Of a DNA stretch of 64,000 bases, positions 10,186-20,312 are shown one piece after another; position 1 is the first letter of the stretch; every line of letters starts with the position of its first letter. The stretch lies in the IMG/VR virus record IMGVR_UViG_3300010334_000030, positions 64,001 through 128,000 of that record; one strand, 5' to 3'. Source of the stretch: a virus. Under the pieces are notes generated by a model. It did not search any database and was not told where the DNA came from. It was given only the letters and a program-made list of their open reading frames with translations. The position numbers and the translations under genes were made by a program.

Positions 10186-12387
10186 TTAATTATTTGTTAA
10201 ACTTTTTCCTAAAAGATCAACCTGGAAAGTGAGATTGTCTCCATCTATACAAACTATCTCTATTACTGGTAAATATGAAAAGAGAGAAAAATCAGAATCT
10301 TTTAATGTTATTATAGAAGTTGAATATTGTACACCAGAAGGATTTGATAAAGGATAATTTCCTAAAGCATTAGTCAATATTCTAATTATAAAATCTCCAG
10401 GATATATTTTATCACCAAAAGAAATTCTAAATCTTTGACCAGTTTTCCATTGATTTAAACCTCCGTCATTAATTCTGATAGTTAAATCGCTAGCAAGGGT
10501 TAAAACCTGACTGTTATTAACGTATTTAAAATAATTAGAAAATGGTAAGAGATCGATTATATTAGAGGACCCAGGGACAAAGGTACCTTTAGATTTATTA
10601 GAGCCTATTGTGAAATCCTGATTGGCATTATATAGGGTCAATTCATTTTTAACGCTTCTATCAACTATAATACCCGATCCCTGCTTGATCAAGTCAAGAT
10701 CATAAGAGATCTGAACGTTAGTCTGATTATTCAAAATGGATCTTACGAGATCGTAATTTTGATTAATAAGCTGCATTATAGAGCTAGTGTTTCTAAATAA
10801 AGCCTGATTAGAAGCAAGGGTTTGCTCTAGATCTGATATTCTTCTATCGAGATTTAAAGCTGTAGAAGAGCTCAGTGTAATATTCTCAATATTCGTGACT
10901 CTGTTGCTTAGCTGAACAAAATCGTATGATGAATTATTTAAAGTGGAACTTGCCTCCTGCAAAACATTCATAGCATCCATAAACATGGACAACGAGAATG
11001 GCGAATAATCATTTATAGATTGTTCAACCCCAGTTTGGCTAACGTCAGTATCAAATCTGAGGTTTATTTTAAATCCATAAGAGTTACCGTTAAGCTTAGT
11101 TACAGGATTTGGTTTATATTTTTTAAGTCTAGGTATATAAATTTCACCCCCTGTACTGTTAACATCATCCAAGAAAAGAACACCGAAAAGATTCGTTGCG
11201 CTATCTGTTATATTAGCTGGATCATAAACATCGTAATAAACAAGCACGCAATTAAACTCAAAATCGTTAGCAATTGGGGTAGCGTTAAATTCTTCAAGAG
11301 TGCTAATACTAGGATTCTCTAAAATCTGTTGGTATGAATTAGGGTCGAAGTCTATTCCTATTGAATCTAATCTTGATCTAACGTAAGATCCACTAGCTCC
11401 ATTGTAGGTTTTAGTTAATATGTCATTAGATGCATCGGTAAAAATTAGATCACTAAAATACGTGTTTGGTGTGTCTCTCGGGGTATACCAATTTCCAGTT
11501 TGTGTTGAGCCATTGGTTCCAGTGTAAAAAAAAGTTGATGTTGGTGCTCCTAAAACGTCATCATCGAATATTGAAAGAGTTGTAAGACCGCTAGGATTAA
11601 TATCACTATAGGATCTTCCGTAAAGATACTCAACATCTAAAGGATTGTTAGGAGAATTTGTCCATTGATAGTTTGAATAGTAATTTTTATCAACAACATT
11701 CTTAAATAAAACTGTTGGGGTATTACCATCTTTAGTTGGAATATAAACGTAAACCTCTGAATATGTATTAGAAGAGTTTTTTACACTATTTACTATATCC
11801 AGATTTCCTATATACTGAACAACTTTGCTATAATTAGCCCCTGTAATTCCATAGGATCCTGTCGTACCAACAGTTGTATCACCCTCTGCATATCTTTTTT
11901 GAGTAACTGGAAGTCCGTTAGTTATTGTAACGGTACTTTGATCTAATGAAGCAGATACTTCATCGGAAGTTGCAGGTCTATATCTAATAGCTCCTATTTC
12001 TTTTAGCCATTTAAAAAAGACTCTCTCTGAAATATTACTTTTTAGTGAGGGATCATATCCAGAATTTCCAGTAACGGTTGACTCTAAGTTTAAACAGTAA
12101 CTTTGGAAGCTTTGAGAGAAATCAACATTAGGATCTCCGGTAATTATTTTTTTGGCATTAGTAACATAATCAATAAAAGCACTATCGGGTGCATTTAATC
12201 TAATTTTATTTGACTGCCCCTTATAGGTGTTATCTATATTTGGTATATTAAGAAGTGCAAATTTAGAGAACTTAAACTTATTTGCCGAGTTGTTAAAAGT
12301 AAAAGATAAATCCTCGGCGGAAGAAGAAAAAGAATAGAAGGTTCCTCCTTGAACTTGGAGAGGTCTTATAAAAGGTGTTTTTGCCAT
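10186..12387 (-). CDS. Putative virion structural protein (733 aa)
   Basis: Structural context; coiled-coil segment LSNRVTNIE...LDRRISDLEQTL typical of trimeric fibre-type proteins. Confidence 0.55.
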   Translation of the reverse strand: MAKTPFIRPLQVQGGTFYSFSSSAEDLSFTFNNSANKFKFSKFALLNIPNIDNTYKGQSNKIRLNAPDSAFIDYVTNAKKIITGDPNVDFSQSFQSYCLNLESTVTGNSGYDPSLKSNISERVFFKWLKEIGAIRYRPATSDEVSASLDQSTVTITNGLPVTQKRYAEGDTTVGTTGSYGITGANYSKVVQYIGNLDIVNSVKNSSNTYSEVYVYIPTKDGNTPTVLFKNVVDKNYYSNYQWTNSPNNPLDVEYLYGRSYSDINPSGLTTLSIFDDDVLGAPTSTFFYTGTNGSTQTGNWYTPRDTPNTYFSDLIFTDASNDILTKTYNGASGSYVRSRLDSIGIDFDPNSYQQILENPSISTLEEFNATPIANDFEFNCVLVYYDVYDPANITDSATNLFGVLFLDDVNSTGGEIYIPRLKKYKPNPVTKLNGNSYGFKINLRFDTDVSQTGVEQSINDYSPFSLSMFMDAMNVLQEASSTLNNSSYDFVQLSNRVTNIENITLSSSTALNLDRRISDLEQTLASNQALFRNTSSIMQLINQNYDLVRSILNNQTNVQISYDLDLIKQGSGIIVDRSVKNELTLYNANQDFTIGSNKSKGTFVPGSSNIIDLLPFSNYFKYVNNSQVLTLASDLTIRINDGGLNQWKTGQRFRISFGDKIYPGDFIIRILTNALGNYPLSNPSGVQYSTSIITLKDSDFSLFSYLPVIEIVCIDGDNLTFQVDLLGKSLTNN

Positions 12388-12411
12388 TAAATTATTTTAT
12401 TTTTCCTTCGA

Positions 12412-13320
12412 TTAAACTGTCATGTTTGTTGCTCCTAAAACTACCCAAGATCCTTTTTGAGTTGTTTGATCTGCTGCTATTCTTGGTTCCCATTGAAGTT
12501 GAATAGATGATCTATAAGCTTTACTTGCAGTTACTGTTATTCCGCTTGTTGAGAATCCTCCATGGGTAGAGACGTTATTAAATCCAGTATAGTATGTAGA
12601 GGAAGTTCCTGTAGCACCTGTCCAAATATAACCAGCAGCAGCACTAGTATTAACTATAGTGATTCTTGTTCCCTGAGCTATGCTTGCTGCAGTTGCACCC
12701 GTACCACCAACAACCTTTAGGTGGAATCCAGTTGGACCCTGACAATTAGCATAAATAACATCTTCCAATCCAGTTATTGTATACGGGGAATTCACAGAGG
12801 TTACATAACCTCCGCCGCCAATATTTGCAGTGTTTACCTGGAAAGCTGAGCCTGCTGTTAGACCTGTACGAACAGTGGTATTACTGCTAATAACGTGACC
12901 TTGTACGCCTAAATAAAATGCACCATTAGCAGAAAGACTACCGTTAAAACTTGCAGTTGCTCCTACTGTCATAGTAGCTGCAGAAGTTACTGAAAGACTT
13001 CCGCTGAGGGTAACATTACCAGAAGCGGTGAGAGATGTTGAGCTTACAGAGGAAAAAGATGCCTGTCCCGCAGAATCGACAGAGGCGGTCACAGTTCCTG
13101 ATGCTGGGATTGATAAAGAGCTAAATGCCCCTATTTTAGCTGAAACCTTTCCTGTTGAGGCGTTGGTTAGATCGAGTATTCCATTAACGCTATCTACTCC
13201 GAAAACAGATACGTATCCATTGATCCAATTTTGCAAAATTAAAAAATTAGAATTAATGGTTATCCTTGATCCGGAGATGGAATCTGATCCTAAAATTTCT
13301 GTGGTGTTTACTGTTGCCAT
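12412..13320 (-). CDS. Putative fibre/decoration protein (302 aa, A/G/S/T-rich)
   Basis: N-terminus ILGSDSISGSRITINSNF (fibre-anchor-like, similar to the IINKLNNNF of the 1-688 ORF), beta-rich low-complexity body, late-promoter motif upstream. Confidence 0.6.
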   Translation of the reverse strand: MATVNTTEILGSDSISGSRITINSNFLILQNWINGYVSVFGVDSVNGILDLTNASTGKVSAKIGAFSSLSIPASGTVTASVDSAGQASFSSVSSTSLTASGNVTLSGSLSVTSAATMTVGATASFNGSLSANGAFYLGVQGHVISSNTTVRTGLTAGSAFQVNTANIGGGGYVTSVNSPYTITGLEDVIYANCQGPTGFHLKVVGGTGATAASIAQGTRITIVNTSAAAGYIWTGATGTSSTYYTGFNNVSTHGGFSTSGITVTASKAYRSSIQLQWEPRIAADQTTQKGSWVVLGATNMTV

Positions 13321-13349
13321 TTTTTTGTTTTATTTCTTTTTAATCCGAA

Positions 13350-13357
13350 TATATATC
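13350..13357 (-). promoter_or_regulatory. Putative late promoter GATATATA
   Basis: Recurrent intergenic 8-mer, 30 nt upstream of ATG 13320. Confidence 0.65.
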
Positions 13358-13526
13358 AATATCTCAGACAACTCCTAAATATGATAATACAAAGAGATAA
13401 GATCTCAGACAATGAGATCACTGACTTTAATTTAACTGCAAACCTTTGGAATTATTCCAATAAAAAGGATATATTTTTTATTCCTCTTATAAAAAGAGAG
13501 ATCCGTCAACAAATCTAAAAAAAATA

Positions 13527-14189
13527 ATGTCACCTATGCAAAACCAGCCAAAAAAGCCAAAAAATTCAATAAGGTTTAATATCACCTTAAATGAGGAACA
13601 AAAAGCGGCTAAGGAGAAGATATTGCAATCAAAAGTATCCTTTCTAAAGGGTCAAGCAGGTAGCGGTAAATCACTACTAGCAGCTCAGATAGCTTTGGAT
13701 CTACTCTTTAAAAAAGATGTTAAAAAAATAATACTTACCAGGCCTGCAGTTACCGCTGGTGAGGAAATTGGATTTCTGCCAGGCGACAAAGACGCTAAAT
13801 TAGCTCCATACACAGCTGCTATCTATGACAACATGTACATGCTGTACAATAAAGAAAAAATAGATAAAGAGATCTCAGAAGGAAATATAGAGGTTATACC
13901 TATTGGCTTTATGAGGGGTAGAAATTTCTCTGATTGTTGTGTAGTTATAGACGAATCTCAAAATATCACTCAAAATCAATTAGAGCTAATTATAACCAGG
14001 CTTTGTGTAGGTGCTAAAATGGTTTTTGTTGGTGATAACTCACAAATAGATCTAAAAGACAAAAGGCTAAGCGGATTCGACTGGTTATCAAAAAAACTAA
14101 GTTTTGTTGAAGGTGTTTCTGTTATATCTCTTAAAACAAATCACAGAGATCCAATAGTAGAAGAAATTCTTAAAGTTTTAAACGACTAA
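13527..14189 (+). CDS. phoH: PhoH-like ATPase
   Basis: Walker A GQAGSGKS, TRPAV..GEEIGFLPGD, FMRGRNF, DESQN, GDNSQIDL, HRDPIV motifs of the PhoH family. Confidence 0.95.
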   Translation: MSPMQNQPKKPKNSIRFNITLNEEQKAAKEKILQSKVSFLKGQAGSGKSLLAAQIALDLLFKKDVKKIILTRPAVTAGEEIGFLPGDKDAKLAPYTAAIYDNMYMLYNKEKIDKEISEGNIEVIPIGFMRGRNFSDCCVVIDESQNITQNQLELIITRLCVGAKMVFVGDNSQIDLKDKRLSGFDWLSKKLSFVEGVSVISLKTNHRDPIVEEILKVLND

Positions 14190-17100
14190 GCAGGTTCAGA
14201 ATCGAACGTAGCATCAGGATTATCGGGAATAACAACTTCAACACCAAATTGAATTCTGTTATTCTCGAGAATCTCTTTTTCTTGAACCATAAGATCATCC
14301 TCTAATTTTCTCACATCATAATCTCTACTAACGAAGGAAGGTTCAGGGTATCCATAATCAGTTGAATCAACAAAATTAGGATTATTGTCATCAGGTCTTT
14401 TGTTTTTATGATCAATAACTTGGATAAATCCAGGTAGTGATGCTTCGTAAACATTCCCAAAAGAATCCTCAACCTGATTGTATATTTGGTAATATCCACT
14501 CTTAGTAAATGTGTATATAAAGTAAGGAGTAGATTTAACATTAAGTATTTCTTCACCTGTGAGCGAATCTGAAAGAATCCAAACATTATTCTTCTTACCA
14601 TATATGTCAGAAGAATAGTTGTTAAAAACAACAGTAGACATAAGAGGAATTTCTAGATGATTATTGGACGAGTGCACGTCGCACCAGGTCCACGCTCCCG
14701 AGCCCGGGCGGGATATAATGTTTCCAAGGTTTATCCCAAGTTCAGGTTTATATTGTTCAGATTTAAGTGTAAAGTATGCTGGATAAATTGGGGAGATGAA
14801 ACCAGTTCCTGCTCCAGTTGTCCCATATGAACTAGATGTCATATAAATATCAGAACTCTTAGATGTTGAAAAAATCAAGTCTATAGATCTAGTTCCAAAA
14901 TTGTTTGAATCTAATATATTTCCTTTAGTGTCCGTTTTAACTATATTTGTTACATACTTAGTTTTGGTGGAATTGAAATTAGAATAACTCATAAAATATT
15001 GACCATTAGAAAGAATTCTCGCATCTTTTAAAAATGGTGCACCGTTATAGCTCTCACCAAGATCGAATGAAAATATTCTTCTCACTGAAGCTTGTTCTGT
15101 TATTTGTGCAGTTATTGCTCTTTTTATAGGATTGCCCCCAGTTCCAACAGACCAACTATTAACATTAGCTCCAAAATAAGATGCAGTCGGACCAAAAGCA
15201 GTTGTTATATAATAGGAAGTTCCAGTTTTAGTGGAATAGATCTCTGCAGTAGCTCCCGCGGTTAGACCATTTTCTATAAATCCACCAGTTACACCAAACC
15301 CCTCTGAGCTAACAAGAATATAATATGGCTGTGATTCATATCCAGAAGAGCTTGTTAAATCAGTACCGCCAAAATTAAAGGCAGGTGGGACATACGGAAT
15401 AATGTATGGCAAATATCCAGTTATTAAGCTACTTCCGGTATTTAACGAAGAGATTGAAAGAGTATGATCGTTATAAAATAAGTCCTGATTGGATGCTGAA
15501 TTAATACCTGATCTAATGGAAAAATCGTCTCTGTTTAGGCTTAAACAAGAAAGAAATCTCCAATCGAATGTCAGGTCTGTTAAATATTCAGGGCTTTTAT
15601 AAGAATCATTATTTCTTAGCCATAGATTTTTTAGCGTTGATAGTTTATTGTAATGGGGGATTAAAACATTAACGGTGTAATCAGTAACATCACAGGTAAC
15701 ACTTGAGCTATCATAGGAGCCAGACCAAATAGAGGTACTTGGAAATGATCTGAAATTTATAACTCTATACGATTTTCTGATCGATTCATTATATCCGCCG
15801 GTGATTCCAGTAAAAGATGTTATCTCTCCTAAATCTTTTTCAACCTCCGCAACAAAAACACCGGGTGCTTGTTTACTTGATAAAACGGTATTGCTTAGTA
15901 AACTTGAAAGGGAAGGTATTAAAGGAAAAGTTTTATTGGAATATGTATAGACATTAAAAACTAAGTCTGAAGTGGTTGGAATTGATGTTGAACCCGATCC
16001 AGACTGGAAAGAAACTTGAAAAACAAAACGAGTTTTTGTTGCAATTATTTCCTTATATCCAGACAATATAGAATAATATCCATATAAGCTAGGGGAAGCT
16101 GCTGTTCCGATCGTCATTGCATATCTGAATGGAAGGTTATCTAAATACGAATAAGCCGACACACTGGTATACTGTGTTTCATTTAATAATATTGTTGACA
16201 CACTTCCAAATGACCCAGCTGTTGCTCCGGTCGGAATCAAGAAATCACAATTCCCTGATGTTGCAGAATTGCCGGGTGAATATCTATAGGTTAATGATGA
16301 AACCGCACCATTAGTATATTTAGATCCAGTTGCTCCTGTTGCAGAATATATCCAGGGATAAGCTCCAGAGGTTGCTCCTGTTAAACCTGAATTAGTAATC
16401 CCCAAGGGAGCACCGCTAGGTCCATTAGAGTATCCAGTAACAGCGGAAGCCAAGCCGGAATAAACATACGATCCATTCTCAATTAACAGATTATAGGTTC
16501 CTGCTAAAACAATAGAATTTCCATCGGGGGAAGGTTTTATTGATGTTACTTCAGTACTACTTCCATTGAATGTTATACTTGATTTAACACATCCGCAATC
16601 ATCATACGAAACTACAAATCCAGTATAAGAAACGCCAGTATCGGTAGAATTTATATTAAATCCATTAGTCCCGGTAATAGTTAAAGGAGTCCCATCGTTA
16701 TATGATCCAAAATTAATTGATTTGTTTTGAGCTATTTTTCCTCCTATATACAGTCTGTTGGATCCATTTATCGTAAGGGTCGCTGATGAAGTTATTTTAA
16801 ATTCATAATCATTCCCGATATTAGGATTAAGCTGAGTAATCCATTTTGGAGATTGTATTTTATTGATAAGTAAATCCTGATCATATGTTGGGATTGGGTA
16901 GTTATTCCAATAGGCTTGTTCTCCCGCACGACCATCTGCAATATCAGATAGCTTTGTGGTTAGAAAAAGATTTCTCGGATCTAAACCAGGATGCTTATAT
17001 TCAAGCTCATCATTTTGATAAACCCTCCATTCTGGGTAAGTCCAAGTGTATTTGTTAACTTTTGGAATAGGTGAAGGTGATGCTCCTCCTGTTGGGCTAT

Positions 17101-18235
17101 AATAAACGAAATTCCATCCTGTGGCTCCTGAATACTTAGAAGATGCATAAACGTGAGGAACGTCATATTCAAACGATGCAAGCGTGTTATAGCCAAGAAC
17201 CCATAAAGAACCGGCTCTTACGTCAAAAGAATTTTGACCTATATTATCACCTACGAGCTCGATACCAAGCACATTGTCGCTAGATAAGGAAGAATTAGAA
17301 GAATTAAACTGAGTGTGTGAAGTGCCGTTAAAATGCCAAATACCAGTACCCTGGCTAAGCTCGCCATCTCCCTTAGAATAAAATACGTGACCATTCTTTC
17401 TAGCTTTCACTAATGTTACTGGACCGGTCGTTCCATAGTTCCAAAAAGAGACCCCATTGAAATAAGATAAACCTATATCCGTACCTATCCAGAGATTTCC
17501 ATCTTCATCAAAGTCAAGTGAATATACGGTATCAGATATTATGCCTGATGTTTTTGTGTTATAAACAGTGGCTTGTTTTATAATTTTAGTTCCATCGTTT
17601 AAAGAGATTGTAGAAAGACTTCCTTGAGGAAAAACATATAAACCCTCTTTTGTTCCAATATAATAGAGATAGCTTTTTCCATCTACACCCTTCGTTTTAA
17701 TATCATAAATATGAGGCCATATATAGCCTTCAACTTCTTCATACCATCTATCAATTTCCTTCAGATAATAAAAAAGTCTTCCGCCTGTAGAACCCTGAAT
17801 CCTACTATATGTTGATGCAGCAGCGGTTAAACCAGTTCCGTTTAATGGACTGCAGAAAGCAAGGATATCATCACCAAAAGGACAAGCATATATGAGAGAG
17901 ATCTCTTGTTGAACGTCAAATGTTCCTAAGTCTGAAAATTTCCAAGAATTTCCAATTTCAGGATTGTTGGTGTCAATGTTGAAAACAGCAACCTGATTAT
18001 ATCCAGATTCCACCCCTTGTGCAACTCCACACCATAGCGTCTCTTCATTGTCTATGGAAAGACATCTGGTGTCTAAATAGTAAGGGCTTCCATTTGGTTG
18101 AGGGACAGCAGAATTCTGGTATCCGTAATATTCCCAGGACATCCCATTGAATCTTCTTATATCTTGTCCAGAACCCCAAACATAGAACTCGTTATCTACG
18201 TCTATTTGATTTATGTATAAATTTGCTGTTGGCAT
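14186..18235 (-). CDS. Virion-associated protein (1349 aa) with N-terminal beta-propeller (Reg_prop-like repeats) and C-terminal PKD-like segment
   Basis: SDTVYSLDFDEDGNLWIGTDIGLSYFNG and FNSSNSSLSSDNVLGI repeats; C-terminal YTFTKSGYYQIYNQVEDSFGN. Confidence 0.7.
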   Translation of the reverse strand: MPTANLYINQIDVDNEFYVWGSGQDIRRFNGMSWEYYGYQNSAVPQPNGSPYYLDTRCLSIDNEETLWCGVAQGVESGYNQVAVFNIDTNNPEIGNSWKFSDLGTFDVQQEISLIYACPFGDDILAFCSPLNGTGLTAAASTYSRIQGSTGGRLFYYLKEIDRWYEEVEGYIWPHIYDIKTKGVDGKSYLYYIGTKEGLYVFPQGSLSTISLNDGTKIIKQATVYNTKTSGIISDTVYSLDFDEDGNLWIGTDIGLSYFNGVSFWNYGTTGPVTLVKARKNGHVFYSKGDGELSQGTGIWHFNGTSHTQFNSSNSSLSSDNVLGIELVGDNIGQNSFDVRAGSLWVLGYNTLASFEYDVPHVYASSKYSGATGWNFVYYSPTGGASPSPIPKVNKYTWTYPEWRVYQNDELEYKHPGLDPRNLFLTTKLSDIADGRAGEQAYWNNYPIPTYDQDLLINKIQSPKWITQLNPNIGNDYEFKITSSATLTINGSNRLYIGGKIAQNKSINFGSYNDGTPLTITGTNGFNINSTDTGVSYTGFVVSYDDCGCVKSSITFNGSSTEVTSIKPSPDGNSIVLAGTYNLLIENGSYVYSGLASAVTGYSNGPSGAPLGITNSGLTGATSGAYPWIYSATGATGSKYTNGAVSSLTYRYSPGNSATSGNCDFLIPTGATAGSFGSVSTILLNETQYTSVSAYSYLDNLPFRYAMTIGTAASPSLYGYYSILSGYKEIIATKTRFVFQVSFQSGSGSTSIPTTSDLVFNVYTYSNKTFPLIPSLSSLLSNTVLSSKQAPGVFVAEVEKDLGEITSFTGITGGYNESIRKSYRVINFRSFPSTSIWSGSYDSSSVTCDVTDYTVNVLIPHYNKLSTLKNLWLRNNDSYKSPEYLTDLTFDWRFLSCLSLNRDDFSIRSGINSASNQDLFYNDHTLSISSLNTGSSLITGYLPYIIPYVPPAFNFGGTDLTSSSGYESQPYYILVSSEGFGVTGGFIENGLTAGATAEIYSTKTGTSYYITTAFGPTASYFGANVNSWSVGTGGNPIKRAITAQITEQASVRRIFSFDLGESYNGAPFLKDARILSNGQYFMSYSNFNSTKTKYVTNIVKTDTKGNILDSNNFGTRSIDLIFSTSKSSDIYMTSSSYGTTGAGTGFISPIYPAYFTLKSEQYKPELGINLGNIISRPGSGAWTWCDVHSSNNHLEIPLMSTVVFNNYSSDIYGKKNNVWILSDSLTGEEILNVKSTPYFIYTFTKSGYYQIYNQVEDSFGNVYEASLPGFIQVIDHKNKRPDDNNPNFVDSTDYGYPEPSFVSRDYDVRKLEDDLMVQEKEILENNRIQFGVEVVIPDNPDATFDSEPA

Positions 18236-18242
18236 TCGATTT

Positions 18243-18250
18243 TATATATT
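18243..18250 (-). promoter_or_regulatory. Putative late promoter variant AATATATA
   Basis: One mismatch to GATATATA, in the short gap before ATG 18235. Confidence 0.4.
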
Positions 18251-18261
18251 AAATTAGAAAA

Positions 18262-20283
18262 TTATCCTGGGAAATACCATCCTCTTCTGGCAGAAGTTCC
18301 CCCCACTGTGTATTGATAAGGATTTGCTATAGTGCTTTGCCCTAGCCCCATCCAGTCGACGGCTGTGTATTTTGGCCCAGTTGTTCCAGGAAACCAAGAA
18401 GCAGAGTTATCAGTAATAAGAACTTTAACAAGATAAAATCCATTGGTCACACCATATGGGTTAGGATTACCCGTTTTAGTATTAAATACATAATCCTCAT
18501 AGATTGAAAATTTCACGCCTTGAACATACCAACAAGCAGGCTCCTCAGCACTAACAGTTGAGGCATAAGCGGTTTCTCTCCATTGGTATTCCGGAGCAGC
18601 AGTGGCTCCAAAATAATATTTAAGATTAATCCCTCCGGTAACACCATAACCATTTGGAGCTGTAGTGGCAAGCTTAGAATTAATAATATCAACAAATCCA
18701 CCAGTGACTCCGTGAGGAGGTACACCCATATTCGTCGGTCTGTTATTAGCATACATTAAATTTCCATCATAAGAATTTCCAGTAGCACCTGAAGCCCCGA
18801 TGGTAATAGTAACTGCTCTTACTGTCTGGGGAGTAAAGCTACGAGAATTGTTAAAATAAAACGTAAAAGTTAAAATAATATCAGACTGAGCCCACTTTCC
18901 GGATGGTAAAACTCCGCCCATTCTGAATGGTAGTTTACTGTAGTATCCAACACTTGTATCGAGTCGCGACTCACCACCATTTAGCAAAAGAGTAGCAGCA
19001 GGGGTTAAACGAGTAGTTGTTGATTCATATCCTCTGGATGTTAGACAAGCAAAGCTTGTATCATTTATGTAATTGGTTATTGCATAATTTGACCAATATC
19101 TGTTAGTATTCGGGGTGTTATCTTCCCGATAATAGGGATCAAGCGGAATTTGATTGTTAGTATCCGCATAATAAAACTTATACCCCAAAACACTACTATA
19201 AATATCACCAGGGTACATGTAATTTCCCACAGAATATCTAGATAGTCCTGAAATGTTAAAAGGGGATACTGATAAATCGGTTGCATCATAACCAAAATCG
19301 CTATTGTTCCATTGGTATATAGTCAATTTGATCAAGCCAGAACCACTATAAGGCTCTAAAGTAGTTAGAATGGACCCAGAAGAAATCGTCTGTCCGGTAA
19401 GCATACCTGGGGTAAGACCAGGATAACTAAATTCGAAAAATGGACTGTAATAATAAATAGGTTCTCCCTGAGAATGAAAGGATAGGTTTGACATACCAGA
19501 TCCGCCCGGTTGAAGAAGATTTACACATATAATAGGACCATTTCCGCCCAGTCCAACGTTAGTTGTAGATACAAAATCATAAGGATCAACAACAGCTGAT
19601 AAAAATCTTTGCGTCTTATGTGGCGTTGTGCTATTTGCAGCTGGATAGTCTGCTAGATTTAAAAAGTCTGTGATCCCACTTTTGTTGTACGTGACACTGG
19701 TTGATGCACTATAAAGATTTCCTGTCGGGCTCGTTACAGTAAGAATAGCTGATGCAGTATATGGCGAATAAGTCGATCCAGATTCAGAGCCTGTTAGATC
19801 TCCCCAGTCGAAAATGTTTTTTGTTACTGATATGTTCTGTTTAGATGTTCCTGTAAATCCCACAGCTCCACCAGTTCCAGGTATTAAAAACTGATAATAA
19901 TAAGACCCTGTAGCAGAACTCCTGATTGTGCCAGTAGCCTGGAATTTTACATTTTGACTCATATCGACAACATTGGAAGGAGATCCTATAGGAGCACCTG
20001 CTGTTGTAAGGGTAATTATAGAGAGGTTTTCAATTTCAGATACAACGGAAACGTAAGAGGGAATAAAAATTGTATCGGTTGCTCCAATAGAATCTGTTGC
20101 TGTCAATCCTGCTCCGTATCCAGATGGGTTCTTTACAATATATCTTGTCGTAATGTTTGGAGAACTTCCAGTTGACGGTGATCCCCCAGGCAGATTCCAC
20201 GTTCTAGTAACCACAGTTCCTGGGGTAGTGTCATAGTAGTAAATGTAATCTCCTTGAACTATATAAACTTTATTGTATGCCAT
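18262..20283 (-). CDS. Virion structural protein (673 aa) with N-terminal PKD-like domain
   Basis: TRTWNLPGGSPSTGSSPNITTRY...GLTATDSIG resembles the PKD consensus; T/G/S-rich. Confidence 0.6.
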   Translation of the reverse strand: MAYNKVYIVQGDYIYYYDTTPGTVVTRTWNLPGGSPSTGSSPNITTRYIVKNPSGYGAGLTATDSIGATDTIFIPSYVSVVSEIENLSIITLTTAGAPIGSPSNVVDMSQNVKFQATGTIRSSATGSYYYQFLIPGTGGAVGFTGTSKQNISVTKNIFDWGDLTGSESGSTYSPYTASAILTVTSPTGNLYSASTSVTYNKSGITDFLNLADYPAANSTTPHKTQRFLSAVVDPYDFVSTTNVGLGGNGPIICVNLLQPGGSGMSNLSFHSQGEPIYYYSPFFEFSYPGLTPGMLTGQTISSGSILTTLEPYSGSGLIKLTIYQWNNSDFGYDATDLSVSPFNISGLSRYSVGNYMYPGDIYSSVLGYKFYYADTNNQIPLDPYYREDNTPNTNRYWSNYAITNYINDTSFACLTSRGYESTTTRLTPAATLLLNGGESRLDTSVGYYSKLPFRMGGVLPSGKWAQSDIILTFTFYFNNSRSFTPQTVRAVTITIGASGATGNSYDGNLMYANNRPTNMGVPPHGVTGGFVDIINSKLATTAPNGYGVTGGINLKYYFGATAAPEYQWRETAYASTVSAEEPACWYVQGVKFSIYEDYVFNTKTGNPNPYGVTNGFYLVKVLITDNSASWFPGTTGPKYTAVDWMGLGQSTIANPYQYTVGGTSARRGWYFPG

Positions 20284-20304
20284 TTTAAATCAGATTTCTT
20301 AAAT

Positions 20305-20312
20305 TATATATT
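20305..20312 (-). promoter_or_regulatory. Putative late promoter variant AATATATA
   Basis: In intergenic gap 22 nt before ATG 20283. Confidence 0.45.
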
